Counted from the first letter of the stretch, positions 1 through 10,499 are shown. The stretch is 64,000 nt of DNA from an uncultured Nitrospiraceae bacterium (GCA_963811165.1 CAWEQH010000010.1:160001-224000), one strand, 5' to 3'. Notes: a model not told the origin generated them from the letters alone. Program-made: numbers and translations.

Positions 1-1770
1 GCGGCCCCCCATCATTTCGACCAGCCGGGAAGATATGGTGAGCCCGAGGCCGGTGCCGCCATACCTGCGAGAGGTGGAGGCGTCAGCCTGGGCAAAGGCG
101 TCAAAGATGCGTCTCTGTTTCTCAGGCGAGATGCCGATTCCCGTGTCGGCGACTGTAAAGCGAAGCACAACATTGTCTTCAGTCTTCTCCTCCAAACTTA
201 CGGACACTACCACCTCACCCTTTTCGGTAAATTTTATGGCATTTCCCACAAGGTTGATGATGATCTGTCTTAGCCTGCCCGGGTCTCCAATCACCGCGTC
301 AGGGATCTGCGGCGGAACATGATAAGCGAGCTCAAGACCCTTTTCCGAGGCCCGCAGCGCAAGGGTGTTCAATATATCGCCTATGCCGTCACGGAGGTTG
401 AAGCCGGTGTTGTCAATCTCGAGTTTCCGGGCCTCGATCTTCGAGAAATCGAGGATATCGTTTATTACGGACATCAATGATTCCGCGGACATATTTACAG
501 CCTTCACATACTCCATCTGTTCCTTCGTAAGATCGGTATCCATGAGCAGATCTGTCATGCCGATGACGCCGTTCATGGGTGTCCTGATTTCATGACTCAT
601 GTTGGCGAGAAACTCACTCTTGAGCCGGTTGGCCTCCTCCGACTCCTCCTTTGCGATACGCAGTTCCTCCTCTGCTCTTTTGCGTTCAGTGATATCTTGG
701 GCCACGTAAACTATCCCTTCAATAAGATTATTGTCGGCCCGCATAACTGAGGCTGAAAGCAATACAGGTATTTTTTTGCCGTCTTTTGCTAAGTATATCT
801 TTTCAATGTTGCTGACGAAGCCCTTTTCGAGCGCTGTATTTATAAAACTCTCCCCCTGCGGTTCTTCCCTGAGAATGCTTTTAAATGGCTGCCCGACAAG
901 TTCTTCTTCTTTATACCCTAAAAGTGCAGAGGCGGCAGTATTCGCTCTCATGATCTTATTATCCGGAGAGGCAACTATCAGAGTGTCGGTCATGCTTTTA
1001 ATGATGTTATCCACATAATCTTTTGAAACGGTAGTCTTGTCCAATTCCTCGGCCATCTGATTAAAACTGTAGAGCATCATTTGCACCTCCCCTGCAGCAT
1101 TAATCTCAACCCTGGTTGAGAGATCCCCTTTAGCAAGACGGGTAGAAGCATGGGCAAGCTCCCTAATCGGGTCCAGTATCAGTTTTTTTGACGCACCAAA
1201 CAAACCGGAGCCAAGTGCGAACGCGACAACCAGATTGAGGACAACGACAAATAGTATGGACATTAAAATTTGATGGCGCACCCTATGTTTTGACATGCCG
1301 ATGGTAACTTTGCCGATAACATCGGCGTCTACTATGACCGGAACGGAAATCTCCTCAACGGCCTCCCTGTTTTTGATGGCTGATAGGATATCCTGCAAGT
1401 CTGCCTCTTTTGAAATCTCTGACAGAATGACTTTCAGTCTCTGAGATTGATAATTGATACTGGCATATTGGGAAGTGACGAGGTTTCCCTTAACGTCCCG
1501 GATAACGGTATACATAATGTCTTCATCTCTATTCGCTTCGTTTACAATGGAATCCAACTGCATGCCGTCCTTCATGATCAGAGGGTCCTGGCCAAGCTTG
1601 GCGATGTAGGATGCGAGTCCTTGCCCCTTGGTTATTAGGGAATGCTTTAGAATATTTCTTTCGTTTATTGCAATGATGGTGCTTAATATAAAGGTGCCGG
1701 CAATGAGAATGACGGCGATGATGCCCAAGAACCTGAACCTTATGCTTTGTCGCGATTTAGAGATACACAT
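1..1770 (-). CDS. Membrane sensor histidine kinase (TM-HAMP-PAS-HisKA-HATPase), truncated by the window edge
   Basis: Absent from the ORF track. Manual translation from ATG 1770 (SD GGAGGAGG upstream) gives two hydrophobic segments, H-box KSEFLANMSHEIRTPMNG, N-box NLVGNAIKFT and G2 box RRYGGTGLGL, in frame with position 1. Confidence 0.9.
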   Translation of the reverse strand, partial: MCISKSRQSIRFRFLGIIAVILIAGTFILSTIIAINERNILKHSLITKGQGLASYIAKLGQDPLIMKDGMQLDSIVNEANRDEDIMYTVIRDVKGNLVTSQYASINYQSQRLKVILSEISKEADLQDILSAIKNREAVEEISVPVIVDADVIGKVTIGMSKHRVRHQILMSILFVVVLNLVVAFALGSGLFGASKKLILDPIRELAHASTRLAKGDLSTRVEINAAGEVQMMLYSFNQMAEELDKTTVSKDYVDNIIKSMTDTLIVASPDNKIMRANTAASALLGYKEEELVGQPFKSILREEPQGESFINTALEKGFVSNIEKIYLAKDGKKIPVLLSASVMRADNNLIEGIVYVAQDITERKRAEEELRIAKEESEEANRLKSEFLANMSHEIRTPMNGVIGMTDLLMDTDLTKEQMEYVKAVNMSAESLMSVINDILDFSKIEARKLEIDNTGFNLRDGIGDILNTLALRASEKGLELAYHVPPQIPDAVIGDPGRLRQIIINLVGNAIKFTEKGEVVVSVSLEEKTEDNVVLRFTVADTGIGISPEKQRRIFDAFAQADASTSRRYGGTGLGLTISSRLVEMMGGR

Positions 1771-1820
1771 TTCGGCTCTATCCTCCTCCCCTTATTAACA
1801 CTGGGCCTTTCGCTGCACAA

Positions 1821-2840
1821 TTACTCGATGACCCTTGTTACCGATTTCATAAAAGACCGCGGAATCTGAAACTGTCCTGCCTTGGCCGTCTTCATGTTAA
1901 TGATCAAATCCATTTTTTTTAGCGGCTCTATCGGAATAGACGACGGCTTTACACCCTTCAATATCTCTACTGCTTTTTCCCCTGCCAGACGGCCTACCGC
2001 ATAGGCGTCTACCGTAATTCCTAAGAGGGCGCCCCGTTCCACGTGGTCTTCTGATTGAGATGCGGTAATCACCTTGGCTTTTGTCGCTATGTCAACTATT
2101 GTAGGGAGACTTTCTCCTACCACACTGCTTCCAGTCAAACAGATAGCTTCTACCGAACGTACGACTTGGGTTAAAACAGATGCCACCGCTTCCTTATTGC
2201 TTAACGGAACCCGAACAATCTTGATGTTGAAATTCCTTTGTTCCGCTTCAAACTCTTTGACCTGAATTTCAGAGTTCCTCTCGCCCATGGTGTACAGGAC
2301 CGCCACCCGCTTTACCCCAGCAAGCTCGTTTACTGCTCTTAATAGTTTTGACGCGGAAGTTTTGGAACTGGCGCCCGTAGTGTTGTTACCGGAGCTCTTC
2401 CAGCCCTCGGCAATTTTTGACTCCACAGGGTCCCAAACCATGACAAAGACAATCGGGATGTTCTTAATCTCGTTAGCAGCGGCTACTGCCGCAGAAGTAC
2501 CGACAGGTATAACTATATCCATTTTTTCAGCGACAAATTTGCGCGCTAACTCTGCAGCCTTTGCCTTGTTGCCACCTGCATTTTCTATCCTGAACTTTAC
2601 CATGGGCTCTCCAAAACCATTTTGTTTTAGCTGATTAATGACCCCGTTTTTATTCTCCATGTAGCGAGGTTGCTCATTAAATAAAAGAAAACCGATCTTT
2701 TTTGGGGCTATGGCCTCTGCAGAATGCAGCGTAAGAGTCGAAAAAGCCAAGAAGATGACACACAATTTTATAACTATCCACATATGTTTATTCTTTTTCT
2801 GTTCTCTCGATTCCAAAGTTGCATGGTTTATTCTTTTCAT
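1821..2840 (-). CDS. ABC-type periplasmic substrate-binding protein (ABC_sub_bind family)
   Basis: Signal-peptide-like stretch, motifs DPVE..NNTTG and AG..AVEILKG.KPSSIPIE. Start moved to ATG 2840 because GAGGAGG lies upstream. Confidence 0.8.
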   Translation of the reverse strand: MKRINHATLESREQKKNKHMWIVIKLCVIFLAFSTLTLHSAEAIAPKKIGFLLFNEQPRYMENKNGVINQLKQNGFGEPMVKFRIENAGGNKAKAAELARKFVAEKMDIVIPVGTSAAVAAANEIKNIPIVFVMVWDPVESKIAEGWKSSGNNTTGASSKTSASKLLRAVNELAGVKRVAVLYTMGERNSEIQVKEFEAEQRNFNIKIVRVPLSNKEAVASVLTQVVRSVEAICLTGSSVVGESLPTIVDIATKAKVITASQSEDHVERGALLGITVDAYAVGRLAGEKAVEILKGVKPSSIPIEPLKKMDLIINMKTAKAGQFQIPRSFMKSVTRVIE

Positions 2841-3110
2841 TTCATATGCCTCCTCAGTTCCCGAATGTTGAGGTAAATAAGTGCGGGGTCGCTCCGGTCC
2901 TCCAGAGATTTTTCGTCTTTCTACCTCCATCGGTGTACCAGTTGGTGTCAACGTATCCGCCATTGTTCAGCCGTGACTCCGACATTATCGGAAAAATGCC
3001 GCCTGAAAGATGGTTCCCCATGCATCCCCCCCCGAATAAAGTATCGTCCTTTAAAAAAAAAATGCAGAAGTGAGGAAAAAGCAACCGGGCAGGATGGTAA
3101 AAGAAGTAAC

Positions 3111-6100
3111 TCAGGAAGCTAAGCATATACCCTTTTTGGGCAACTTTTCGATATCGCCTGTCTTGTCCTCATTCAGCGCGCTCCTTACCTTTTTCAAAAG
3201 ATTTACCGGTGAAATGGGCTTGTAGACCACCGGCTCGTTACTTTCGAGCAGTGCCTTCTGCTGGATTATGTCCGGAGCATATCCACTCAAAAAGATAACT
3301 CTCATGTCAGATTTAATTCTCTTAATCTCGTCATAGGCCTCTTTTCCGGTCTTTTTCGGCATAACGATATCGAACAGGAGAAGCTGTATCCTGTCCTCGT
3401 TCTCTATGTATTTCTTCACTGCGTCTTCGCCGTCAACCGCAACGATGACCTTGTATCCGAACTCCTGAAGTACCGAGACCGTTAGCTCTCTCAACGATTC
3501 GTCATCCTCGGCAAGCAGTATGGTCTCCGTGCCTATTTCTGGATAGTCAACCTTCTCTGCCTTTTTCTCTTCCATAATTTCCGACGCAACAAGAGGCAGG
3601 TATATCCTCAATGACGTACCCTTGCCAGGTTCGCTGTACACATTGATATAGCCCTCATGCTGTTTGATAATGCCGTAGACAACCGCCATCCCGAGCCCAG
3701 TGCCTTTTCCCACTTCTTTTGTCGTGAAGAAGGGCTCAAATATTCTCCGGCGTGCATGTTCATCCATGCCTATGCCCGTGTCTGCCATTGTTATCATCGC
3801 ATACATGCCAGGGTTACCGTATCCATGGATTGAGACGAACTCCTTATCGAGCATAATCTGTTCCGTGGCAATGGTAAGCATACCCCCCTTCGGCATGGCA
3901 TCCCGTGCGTTCGCCGCAAGGTTCATAAGTACCTGCTCAAGCTGATGCATATCGGCGAGGACCGGTATGGGCCCATCATGTAATATCGTTTTAAATGCGA
4001 TATCCTCTCCGATGACTCTGGCCAGGAACTTTTCCACGGTCCTGATGATTCCGTTGAAGTCCACAGGACTTCTGTAGCTGACCTGTTTCCTACTGAAAAG
4101 GAGGAGATCCTTCGTAAGATGCGCCGCCCTGTCGGCCGCCGCAAGCATCTGCTCGATGTTGTATTTGAGGGGATCGTCCTTTACCATTTTCATGAGGGTA
4201 ACATGGCCATAACCGATTATCGCGGAAAGGATATTGTTGAAGTCATGAGCTATGCCACCGGCCAGCTGACCTACTGCCTCCATCTTCTGGGAGTGACGGA
4301 GTTGGACTTCAAGCTTCCGGTGTTCGGTGACATCAGTTCCGATACTGGCTACCCCTGCAACTTTTCCATCGGAATTCCGCAGCATGGAATTGTTCCAAAC
4401 AATAATCTTTAGCGTCCCTTCACGCGTTATTATTGGATTTTCATAGTGTAAGGGTATAGTGCCATCTGATATACCTGAAGAATACATTGAATAGACTGTT
4501 TTCCTTACATCTTTAGGAAGAAACAATTCAAACCAGTTTCTATTTAGCACTTCATCTCTTGTCCAGCCGGTAAGATGAAGGAAAAAGTCATTGCAAAAAG
4601 TAATGTTTCCGTCAAAATCAAGCATTATTGCAACGAGCTTAATCGTTTCAAGGAGATCCCTGAACTTCTTTTCGGAAGAACGAAAGGCTTCTTCCGAGCG
4701 CTTGAGTTCGGTGATGTCCATATACGTTCCGAGTACTCCGCTAATCTCCCCCGTTGATGTTCGCAGGGGCAGCTTGCTCGTAAGAAGCGTAATGGTGGCC
4801 CCTTCGGGGGTCGTCTGGGGTTCTTCCATGAGGAACTTGGATACGCCGCTCTCGATTACCTGGCGGTCATCGCTGCGATACAATTCCGCTTGATCACGCC
4901 ATCCCATCTGGAAATCGTCTCTCCCGATGATGTCCTTCGGATCGGCGAATCCCGCGTCGCGAGCGAATACCGCATTGCATCCTAAGTAAACGAGATTTTT
5001 GTCCTTCCAAAATACCCTCACAGGTATTGCGTTGATAATCCCTTCGAGGATTTGTCGTGATGCACGCAGCTCCTCCACCATTATCTTGCGCTCGCTGACA
5101 TCGCGGGCTACGCTGAGAATCGCCGGTTTGCCTTCGTATTCGATAGCGCGCGCGCCGATCTCGGTTGGAATAATCCTGCCATCTCGCGTTATCCAAGCTG
5201 TCTCAAAGATCGCGCTTCCGTTCCGCTTTACCTCGGCGAGCTGTTCACTTATCTTTGCCGCATATTCAGGAGTGTCGAAAGCGCGCGGAGTCATTTTCAA
5301 AAGTTCGTCCCGCCTATATCCCAACCGTTGGTAGGTGATACTGTTGGCTTCCAGAATGCGACCTTGAGGATCTACAACCATGATGGCATCGTTCACTGCG
5401 TCGAGCAGTGCCTTTAATTTTTTCTCGGAGGCCTCAATCACTCCTTCTGCCTTCTTGCGCTCGGTGATGTCGAGGACAATTCCCGACATTGCGGCGGGAT
5501 TGCCATTGTCATCGAGGATCACCTTTCCCTGCAACTGCACGAAGCGTTCTGAACAGTCAGGTAAGACGATGCGATGGTCGATATTGAAGGGTTCTCCCTC
5601 AGAGAGGGTCCTGGCAACGCGAAGATTCACATACTCCCTATCGTCCGGATGGACTGAATTGAAAAAGGCTTCAAGGGTCATCCCAAACTCCACTTGCTGG
5701 ACCCCGAAGATACGGGCGACCTCGGCAGACCCTCGAAAATCGTCCTTCTTGATGTCCCAGCACCAGTTCCCGAGGTGGGCAACCCGCTGTGCGTCGGCAA
5801 GACTTGCCTCGCTCCTGCGCAAGGCGTCTTCGGCCTCTTTTCTTGTCGTCACGTCCCTCACCACACAGACAAGCCCACCTCCTTCAATGGCTGTCAGCGA
5901 TAGTTCCTGATCGAAATGGGATCCATCGCACCTTTTGCCTATTGCTTCTCCGCGCCATCTGCCGTTTCTGAAGACTGTCGGCATGATCCCCTGCTCGAAT
6001 CTCTTCAGTTCCCGGTCATCGTAAAGAATTTTCCAACTCCTGCCGATAAGCCCTAGCTGGGAGCTGTATCCGTAGACTTCAGCGTGCGCCTTGTTTACGT

Positions 6101-6215
6101 AGATATACTCCCCCTCCGCGTTAAGGATCGCAATCCCATCCATCGAAGCCTCTATCGCCGCCACATGACTTACCGGAGGAGCGGATTTTTTTTCCGTTTC
6201 ATTGATCTCTTTCAT
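3111..6215 (-). CDS. Cytoplasmic multi-PAS hybrid histidine kinase/response regulator
   Basis: About five PAS/PAC repeats ending DVT/DIT/DVS, H-box LAGGIAHDFNN, FFTTKEVGKGTGLG, C-terminal receiver (LLAEDD...DIVMP...KP). Confidence 0.93.
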   Translation of the reverse strand: MKEINETEKKSAPPVSHVAAIEASMDGIAILNAEGEYIYVNKAHAEVYGYSSQLGLIGRSWKILYDDRELKRFEQGIMPTVFRNGRWRGEAIGKRCDGSHFDQELSLTAIEGGGLVCVVRDVTTRKEAEDALRRSEASLADAQRVAHLGNWCWDIKKDDFRGSAEVARIFGVQQVEFGMTLEAFFNSVHPDDREYVNLRVARTLSEGEPFNIDHRIVLPDCSERFVQLQGKVILDDNGNPAAMSGIVLDITERKKAEGVIEASEKKLKALLDAVNDAIMVVDPQGRILEANSITYQRLGYRRDELLKMTPRAFDTPEYAAKISEQLAEVKRNGSAIFETAWITRDGRIIPTEIGARAIEYEGKPAILSVARDVSERKIMVEELRASRQILEGIINAIPVRVFWKDKNLVYLGCNAVFARDAGFADPKDIIGRDDFQMGWRDQAELYRSDDRQVIESGVSKFLMEEPQTTPEGATITLLTSKLPLRTSTGEISGVLGTYMDITELKRSEEAFRSSEKKFRDLLETIKLVAIMLDFDGNITFCNDFFLHLTGWTRDEVLNRNWFELFLPKDVRKTVYSMYSSGISDGTIPLHYENPIITREGTLKIIVWNNSMLRNSDGKVAGVASIGTDVTEHRKLEVQLRHSQKMEAVGQLAGGIAHDFNNILSAIIGYGHVTLMKMVKDDPLKYNIEQMLAAADRAAHLTKDLLLFSRKQVSYRSPVDFNGIIRTVEKFLARVIGEDIAFKTILHDGPIPVLADMHQLEQVLMNLAANARDAMPKGGMLTIATEQIMLDKEFVSIHGYGNPGMYAMITMADTGIGMDEHARRRIFEPFFTTKEVGKGTGLGMAVVYGIIKQHEGYINVYSEPGKGTSLRIYLPLVASEIMEEKKAEKVDYPEIGTETILLAEDDESLRELTVSVLQEFGYKVIVAVDGEDAVKKYIENEDRIQLLLFDIVMPKKTGKEAYDEIKRIKSDMRVIFLSGYAPDIIQQKALLESNEPVVYKPISPVNLLKKVRSALNEDKTGDIEKLPKKGICLAS

Positions 6216-6440
6216 GTAAAGCCTCTTTAACCCTTTTTAAGAGGTTATTGTTTACCGGAGTGTCCTGAATGTTGTGGGATGAGGAGCCACTATTATTCCT
6301 CATCTTTCTCAATAAAGAAAAAACTCACCCGCGAGAACACTCAGGTCCTACTACCTTCTTATCGACACTCACGAACCGTTTCTTTAGCTGGCTGATAAGA
6401 ACTTCCGGCAAACAGTACAGCACGTGCATAAAAAAACAGC

Positions 6441-6590
6441 TATCTCGTGAAGTGAGAGGCAGATAGTGTCGCGCTTTTGAAGGCAATCCACTATTCAATT
6501 GAACGCCAAAGGCTATTGACGAAATTCGAGGATAAGTTGAGGGAAATCAGAAGACTCGAAAGGGAGCGCAAAAGCATTCTCTCCATGTAG
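6441..6590 (+). pseudogene. Remnant of a receiver-domain/coiled-coil signalling gene
   Basis: Manual translation YLVK*EADSVALLKAIHYSIERQRLLTKFEDKLREIRRLERERKSILSM* resembles the DYLVKG...LL.AIRYAIER end of REC domains. Internal TGA at 6453-6455 and no start codon. Confidence 0.55.
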
Positions 6591-6685
6591 TAACAGTCCC
6601 ATACGGCACGTTTTCCATGCCGCACGTTTATATTACTTGAGTTGGGGAGCTTCAAGATGTGTTTGAATTCTGATACAATTGCCTT

Positions 6686-8206
6686 ATGGATCCCGACCGC
6701 ATTAAAATCGTAGACGATTGCGAATTGCATCTTCCGGGTCCGTTCTGTCTTATCCTTTTCGGCGCCTCCGGAGACCTTTCAAAAAGGAAGATCATCCCTT
6801 CTCTTTACCGGCTAAGTAAGGACGAATTGCTTCCCGAAAGTTTTTTTATTTTGGGCGCGGCGCGGACTGAGATGGACCGGTCCTCTTTTCGTGCAATGAT
6901 GAAGGACGCGGTTAAGGAGGCGTTTCCGGAGGAGTTCGAAACAGGGGCCTGGCATACATTTGAAGGAAAACTGTATTTCAAGAGAGTGGAATACGATAAC
7001 GTCGATGATTATCGATCGGTAAAAGAGTCGATGGTCTCCATCGAGAAGGAACACGAAACCTTGGGCAACCGCATTTTTTATCTTGCCGTTCCGCCCGGGG
7101 TATACGAGACCGTGATAGAGAACCTTGGGAAAACCGGGCTTTCCGGGGAAGAACGGGGTTATACAAGGATAATCATCGAAAAGCCGATAGGCAATGATCT
7201 CCCATCTGCAAGAAAGCTGAACACGGTGCTGCGAAGTTCTTTCTCCGAAAGACAGGTATACCGGATGGACCACTATCTTGCCAAGGAGACCGTTCAGAAT
7301 ATTCTTATGCTCAGGTTCGCCAACGCCGTTTTCGAGCCCCTCTGGAACAGAAGGTACATAGACCATGTACAAATAACTGTCGCCGAGGCACTTGGAGTAG
7401 AACACAGGGCCGGCTATTACGACCGGGCGGGTGTGATAAGGGACATGTTCCAGAACCACCTGTTTCAGCTTCTGGCCCTGACGGCGATGGAACCCCCGTC
7501 GGCGTTCGAGGCCGAGCGTGTGAGGGACGAAAGGATGAAGGTGTTCAGCTCCGTCAGACCTTTCCCTGAGGAAGGGCTGAAAGATTTTGTCGTACTCGGC
7601 CAGTACGGAGAAGGCGAGATCGATGGAAAAGGGGTCGCCGGGTACAGAAGCGAGCCGGGGATACCGGCGGATTCGGTCACCCCTACGTACGCAGCGCTAA
7701 AGGTCCATATCGACAACTGGAGATGGGACGGCGTGCCCTTTTATCTTCGTTCCGGAAAGAGACTTGCGGAACGAAAGGCGGAGATATCCGTACATTTCAA
7801 GTCGGTGCCGCATCTCATGTTCGCCAGGACCCTTCAAGAGCGGATAGAGCCCAATACGATCGTGATAAGGGTCCAGCCCGACGAAGGGATCAACCTCATT
7901 TTTCAGACGAAAACACAGGGCACGAGGGTCTGCCTGAGCACCTCGACAATGGACTTTGTCTACCGAAAGATGTTTTCTGTGAGCGATTATGAGAGGATAT
8001 TGCTTGACTGTATGGAGGGAGATCAGATGCTCTTTGTGAGAGGGGACGGCGTGGAAAAGACATGGGAAATACTTTCGCCTCTTCTTACATGGCTGGACTT
8101 GGGTGCGGGTGTGATGGAGTTCCCGAATTATGCGGCAGGGACATCGGGTCCTGCCGAGGCGGATGCGCTTATAGCGAAGGATGACCGCGCATGGAGGGCC
8201 CTCTGA
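6686..8206 (+). CDS. zwf: Glucose-6-phosphate 1-dehydrogenase
   Basis: GASGDLSKRK nucleotide-binding motif, YRMDHYLAKE active-site motif, WDGVPFYLRSGKRL. Confidence 0.97.
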   Translation: MDPDRIKIVDDCELHLPGPFCLILFGASGDLSKRKIIPSLYRLSKDELLPESFFILGAARTEMDRSSFRAMMKDAVKEAFPEEFETGAWHTFEGKLYFKRVEYDNVDDYRSVKESMVSIEKEHETLGNRIFYLAVPPGVYETVIENLGKTGLSGEERGYTRIIIEKPIGNDLPSARKLNTVLRSSFSERQVYRMDHYLAKETVQNILMLRFANAVFEPLWNRRYIDHVQITVAEALGVEHRAGYYDRAGVIRDMFQNHLFQLLALTAMEPPSAFEAERVRDERMKVFSSVRPFPEEGLKDFVVLGQYGEGEIDGKGVAGYRSEPGIPADSVTPTYAALKVHIDNWRWDGVPFYLRSGKRLAERKAEISVHFKSVPHLMFARTLQERIEPNTIVIRVQPDEGINLIFQTKTQGTRVCLSTSTMDFVYRKMFSVSDYERILLDCMEGDQMLFVRGDGVEKTWEILSPLLTWLDLGAGVMEFPNYAAGTSGPAEADALIAKDDRAWRAL

Positions 8207-8231
8207 GCACAATGAAGCATGCTGCGGGGCA

Positions 8232-9032
8232 TTGAAGTCAGTGCCGGGGGATGAACTCATTATCAGGACAGCTTTTTTTTGGGGCGGGTTCGTGTTATTT
8301 TTATCACTCGAACTCCTGATGCCGTATAGATCTAATACGGTCTCAAAATTGAGGCGTGTCGCCATCAATCTTGCGATTGCGTTATTAAACGGCGTCATCG
8401 TGACTCTGCTTTTCGGGGCATTGACGATGAAGGCAGTTTTATATGCAAACGAGGCACGTTTCGGGTTAGTCAACATGGTCGCCCTCCCTTATTGGGGAAG
8501 GCTGTTTGCCACTGTAGTAGTCATGGATTTTGTCCTCTATATCTGGCACCTGCTTAACCATGAGATGCCCTTGTTGTGGCGTTTTCACCAAGTCCACCAC
8601 AGCGATCTCAATATGGATGTATCTACCGCGTCACGTTTTCATATAGGTGAGATCATGATGTCGTCAGCGGTCAAAATTGCTCTCATCTATTTCCTTGGTG
8701 CGGAGATCACCGGGGTCATCGTCTTTGAGTGTCTTTTGGTTTTTGCGGCCCAGTTTCAACACAGCAGCGTGAAGGTGCCGGCAGGGTTTGAGCGCATCTT
8801 CTGGTTTCTTTTTGTCCCCCCTTCGATGCACCGCATCCACCATTCGGTCGTTATCGGGGAGCGAAATACTAATTACGGGACTATCTTTTCGCTTTGGGAC
8901 AGAATATTCGGCACACTTCTCAAAGGAGTCGATCAGAAGAAGATTGTGATCGGTCTCGGTGCGTATCGCGATCCTAAAGAGCTTTTTATCAATCATTTGC
9001 TATTGATGCCGCTTGGGAGGCCTGCCAGATGA
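8232..9032 (+). CDS. Sterol desaturase/fatty acid hydroxylase family membrane protein
   Basis: Histidine boxes HLLNH, HQVHH, HRIHH and NYG..FS.WD. Start codon uncertain. Confidence 0.85.
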   Translation: MKSVPGDELIIRTAFFWGGFVLFLSLELLMPYRSNTVSKLRRVAINLAIALLNGVIVTLLFGALTMKAVLYANEARFGLVNMVALPYWGRLFATVVVMDFVLYIWHLLNHEMPLLWRFHQVHHSDLNMDVSTASRFHIGEIMMSSAVKIALIYFLGAEITGVIVFECLLVFAAQFQHSSVKVPAGFERIFWFLFVPPSMHRIHHSVVIGERNTNYGTIFSLWDRIFGTLLKGVDQKKIVIGLGAYRDPKELFINHLLLMPLGRPAR

Positions 9033-9703
9033 TATCGGTTATCGTCCCGACCCTAAACGAGGCCGGGAATATTCGGGGATGCATCGAAAGCGTAAAGGCC
9101 GAGGATATAGATCTTGAGATAATCGTCTGCGACGGCGGCAGCTCAGACGCGACTGTTCAAATTGTGAGAGAGTACGATGATGCGATATTGATAGGGTCGG
9201 CGAAGGGTCGGGGTTTGCAGATGAACAGAGGCGCTGCGGTTGCAGGTGCAGGGGTGCTTCTGTTTCTCCATGCAGATACAAAACTTGAGAGAGGGTGGTC
9301 GCGAGAACTGCTTTCTGTGCTTGCTGATGAATCGGTCGCCGGCGGTGCATTTACTTTTAAGATAGACAACCCGGCCGTTCAATACAGGCTCATTGAGTTT
9401 TGGGTAACACTCAGGTGCTCTCTCGGCAGCCTTCCTTACGGCGACCAGGGCATATTTGTCCGCAGGGACGTCTTCGATAAGATCGGCGGATACCGGGACA
9501 TACCGCTCATGGAGGATGTGGAAATCATCGGCAGGCTGAAAAAGGAAGGGCGTCTGGTGCTTCTGGAAAAATGTGCCGTTACCGACGCCCGAAGGTGGAC
9601 CGAGAAGGGCTGGATACGGACGTCCGTCTCGAACCAGATGGTGATGCTTATGTATAAGCTGGGCATAGACCCGCATACTCTGGCAAGGTTCTACTATCGG
9701 TGA
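9029..9703 (+). CDS. GT2 glycosyltransferase, TIGR04283-like
   Basis: ISVIVPTLNE, DGGSSD, GRG.QMN.GA, FLHADT, PYGDQG, PLMEDV motifs. Confidence 0.85.
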   Translation: MISVIVPTLNEAGNIRGCIESVKAEDIDLEIIVCDGGSSDATVQIVREYDDAILIGSAKGRGLQMNRGAAVAGAGVLLFLHADTKLERGWSRELLSVLADESVAGGAFTFKIDNPAVQYRLIEFWVTLRCSLGSLPYGDQGIFVRRDVFDKIGGYRDIPLMEDVEIIGRLKKEGRLVLLEKCAVTDARRWTEKGWIRTSVSNQMVMLMYKLGIDPHTLARFYYR

Positions 9704-10311
9704 TGAGAAACCGCTTCGGCCTCCTTGCCAAGTACCCTGAAGCAGGGAAAGTAAAGACGCGGCTTGCGCGGGACATCGGCGCGGAAGGTGCGGCAATAAT
9801 TTACAAAACCATCGCGGAACGCGTATTCCGAAATACTTCTCCGGACGGTGATTCCGATTTCGAGAGGATGATTTTTTATTCGCCTCCTGAAGATAAGGAC
9901 CGGGTTGAATCCTGGATACCCGGCGAGAAGTTGCTTCCTCAAAGGGGAAGGGACATTGGAAATATTATGCAAAATGCCTTAAAGGACCTGTTTGATCTTG
10001 GGACGTCTAAAGCGGTCATCGCCGGCGTGGACATACCGGATCTCGACAGGACCATCATCTGCGATGCTTTTCTCAAACTGGAGAATGCCGATGCGGTTAT
10101 AGGGCCCGCAGAGGACGGAGGATACTATCTTATCGGGATGAAGGCAGTATATCCTGCAATTTTTCGGGGCATCTCATGGTCCACCGGGAAGGTCTTCGAT
10201 CAAACGGTCCGGACTATCGAGAAGATGGGACTCAGTTATTCGACTGTAAGGACGTTGTCTGACGTTGACAGGATCGAGGATATCGCGGGAAAAGATTTTA
10301 TATCAGAGTAG
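9703..10311 (+). CDS. DUF2064/TIGR04282-like glycosyltransferase-fold protein
   Basis: AKYPEAGKVKTRLA, D.PDL, GPAEDGGYYLIG, DVD motifs. TGATG stop/start overlap with the upstream gene. Confidence 0.85.
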   Translation: MRNRFGLLAKYPEAGKVKTRLARDIGAEGAAIIYKTIAERVFRNTSPDGDSDFERMIFYSPPEDKDRVESWIPGEKLLPQRGRDIGNIMQNALKDLFDLGTSKAVIAGVDIPDLDRTIICDAFLKLENADAVIGPAEDGGYYLIGMKAVYPAIFRGISWSTGKVFDQTVRTIEKMGLSYSTVRTLSDVDRIEDIAGKDFISE

Positions 10312-10335
10312 TCCGGATTATTTACGGATGCGCAT

Positions 10336-10434
10336 GGGACAGTATTTTCGCTCATTCTTGCCCCGCTGAATCGGGACTCCGAGGTCATAGGGAGCAAAGT
10401 TGCCGCATTATAATTTTTTTTTGGAGCGTGTCCC
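10336..10434 (-). repeat. Degenerate copy (C) of the unassigned structured intergenic element
   Basis: Contains TATTTTCGCTCATT and CTCCGAGG in the same order as the copies at 20948 and 51558. Short terminal pairing GGGACA/TGTCCC. Confidence 0.55.
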
Positions 10435-10499
10435 TGCAATAATTCTCGGGGAAGATATGATGCCGATAAGTGAGAAGAGGGTCTCCGCCCCCACATAGG

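Noticed and set aside
6453..6455. Selenocysteine recoding of the in-frame TGA here or at 12581
   Set aside because: The first aligns with an expected Gly in a start-less fragment. The second is resolved by a frameshift, not read-through.
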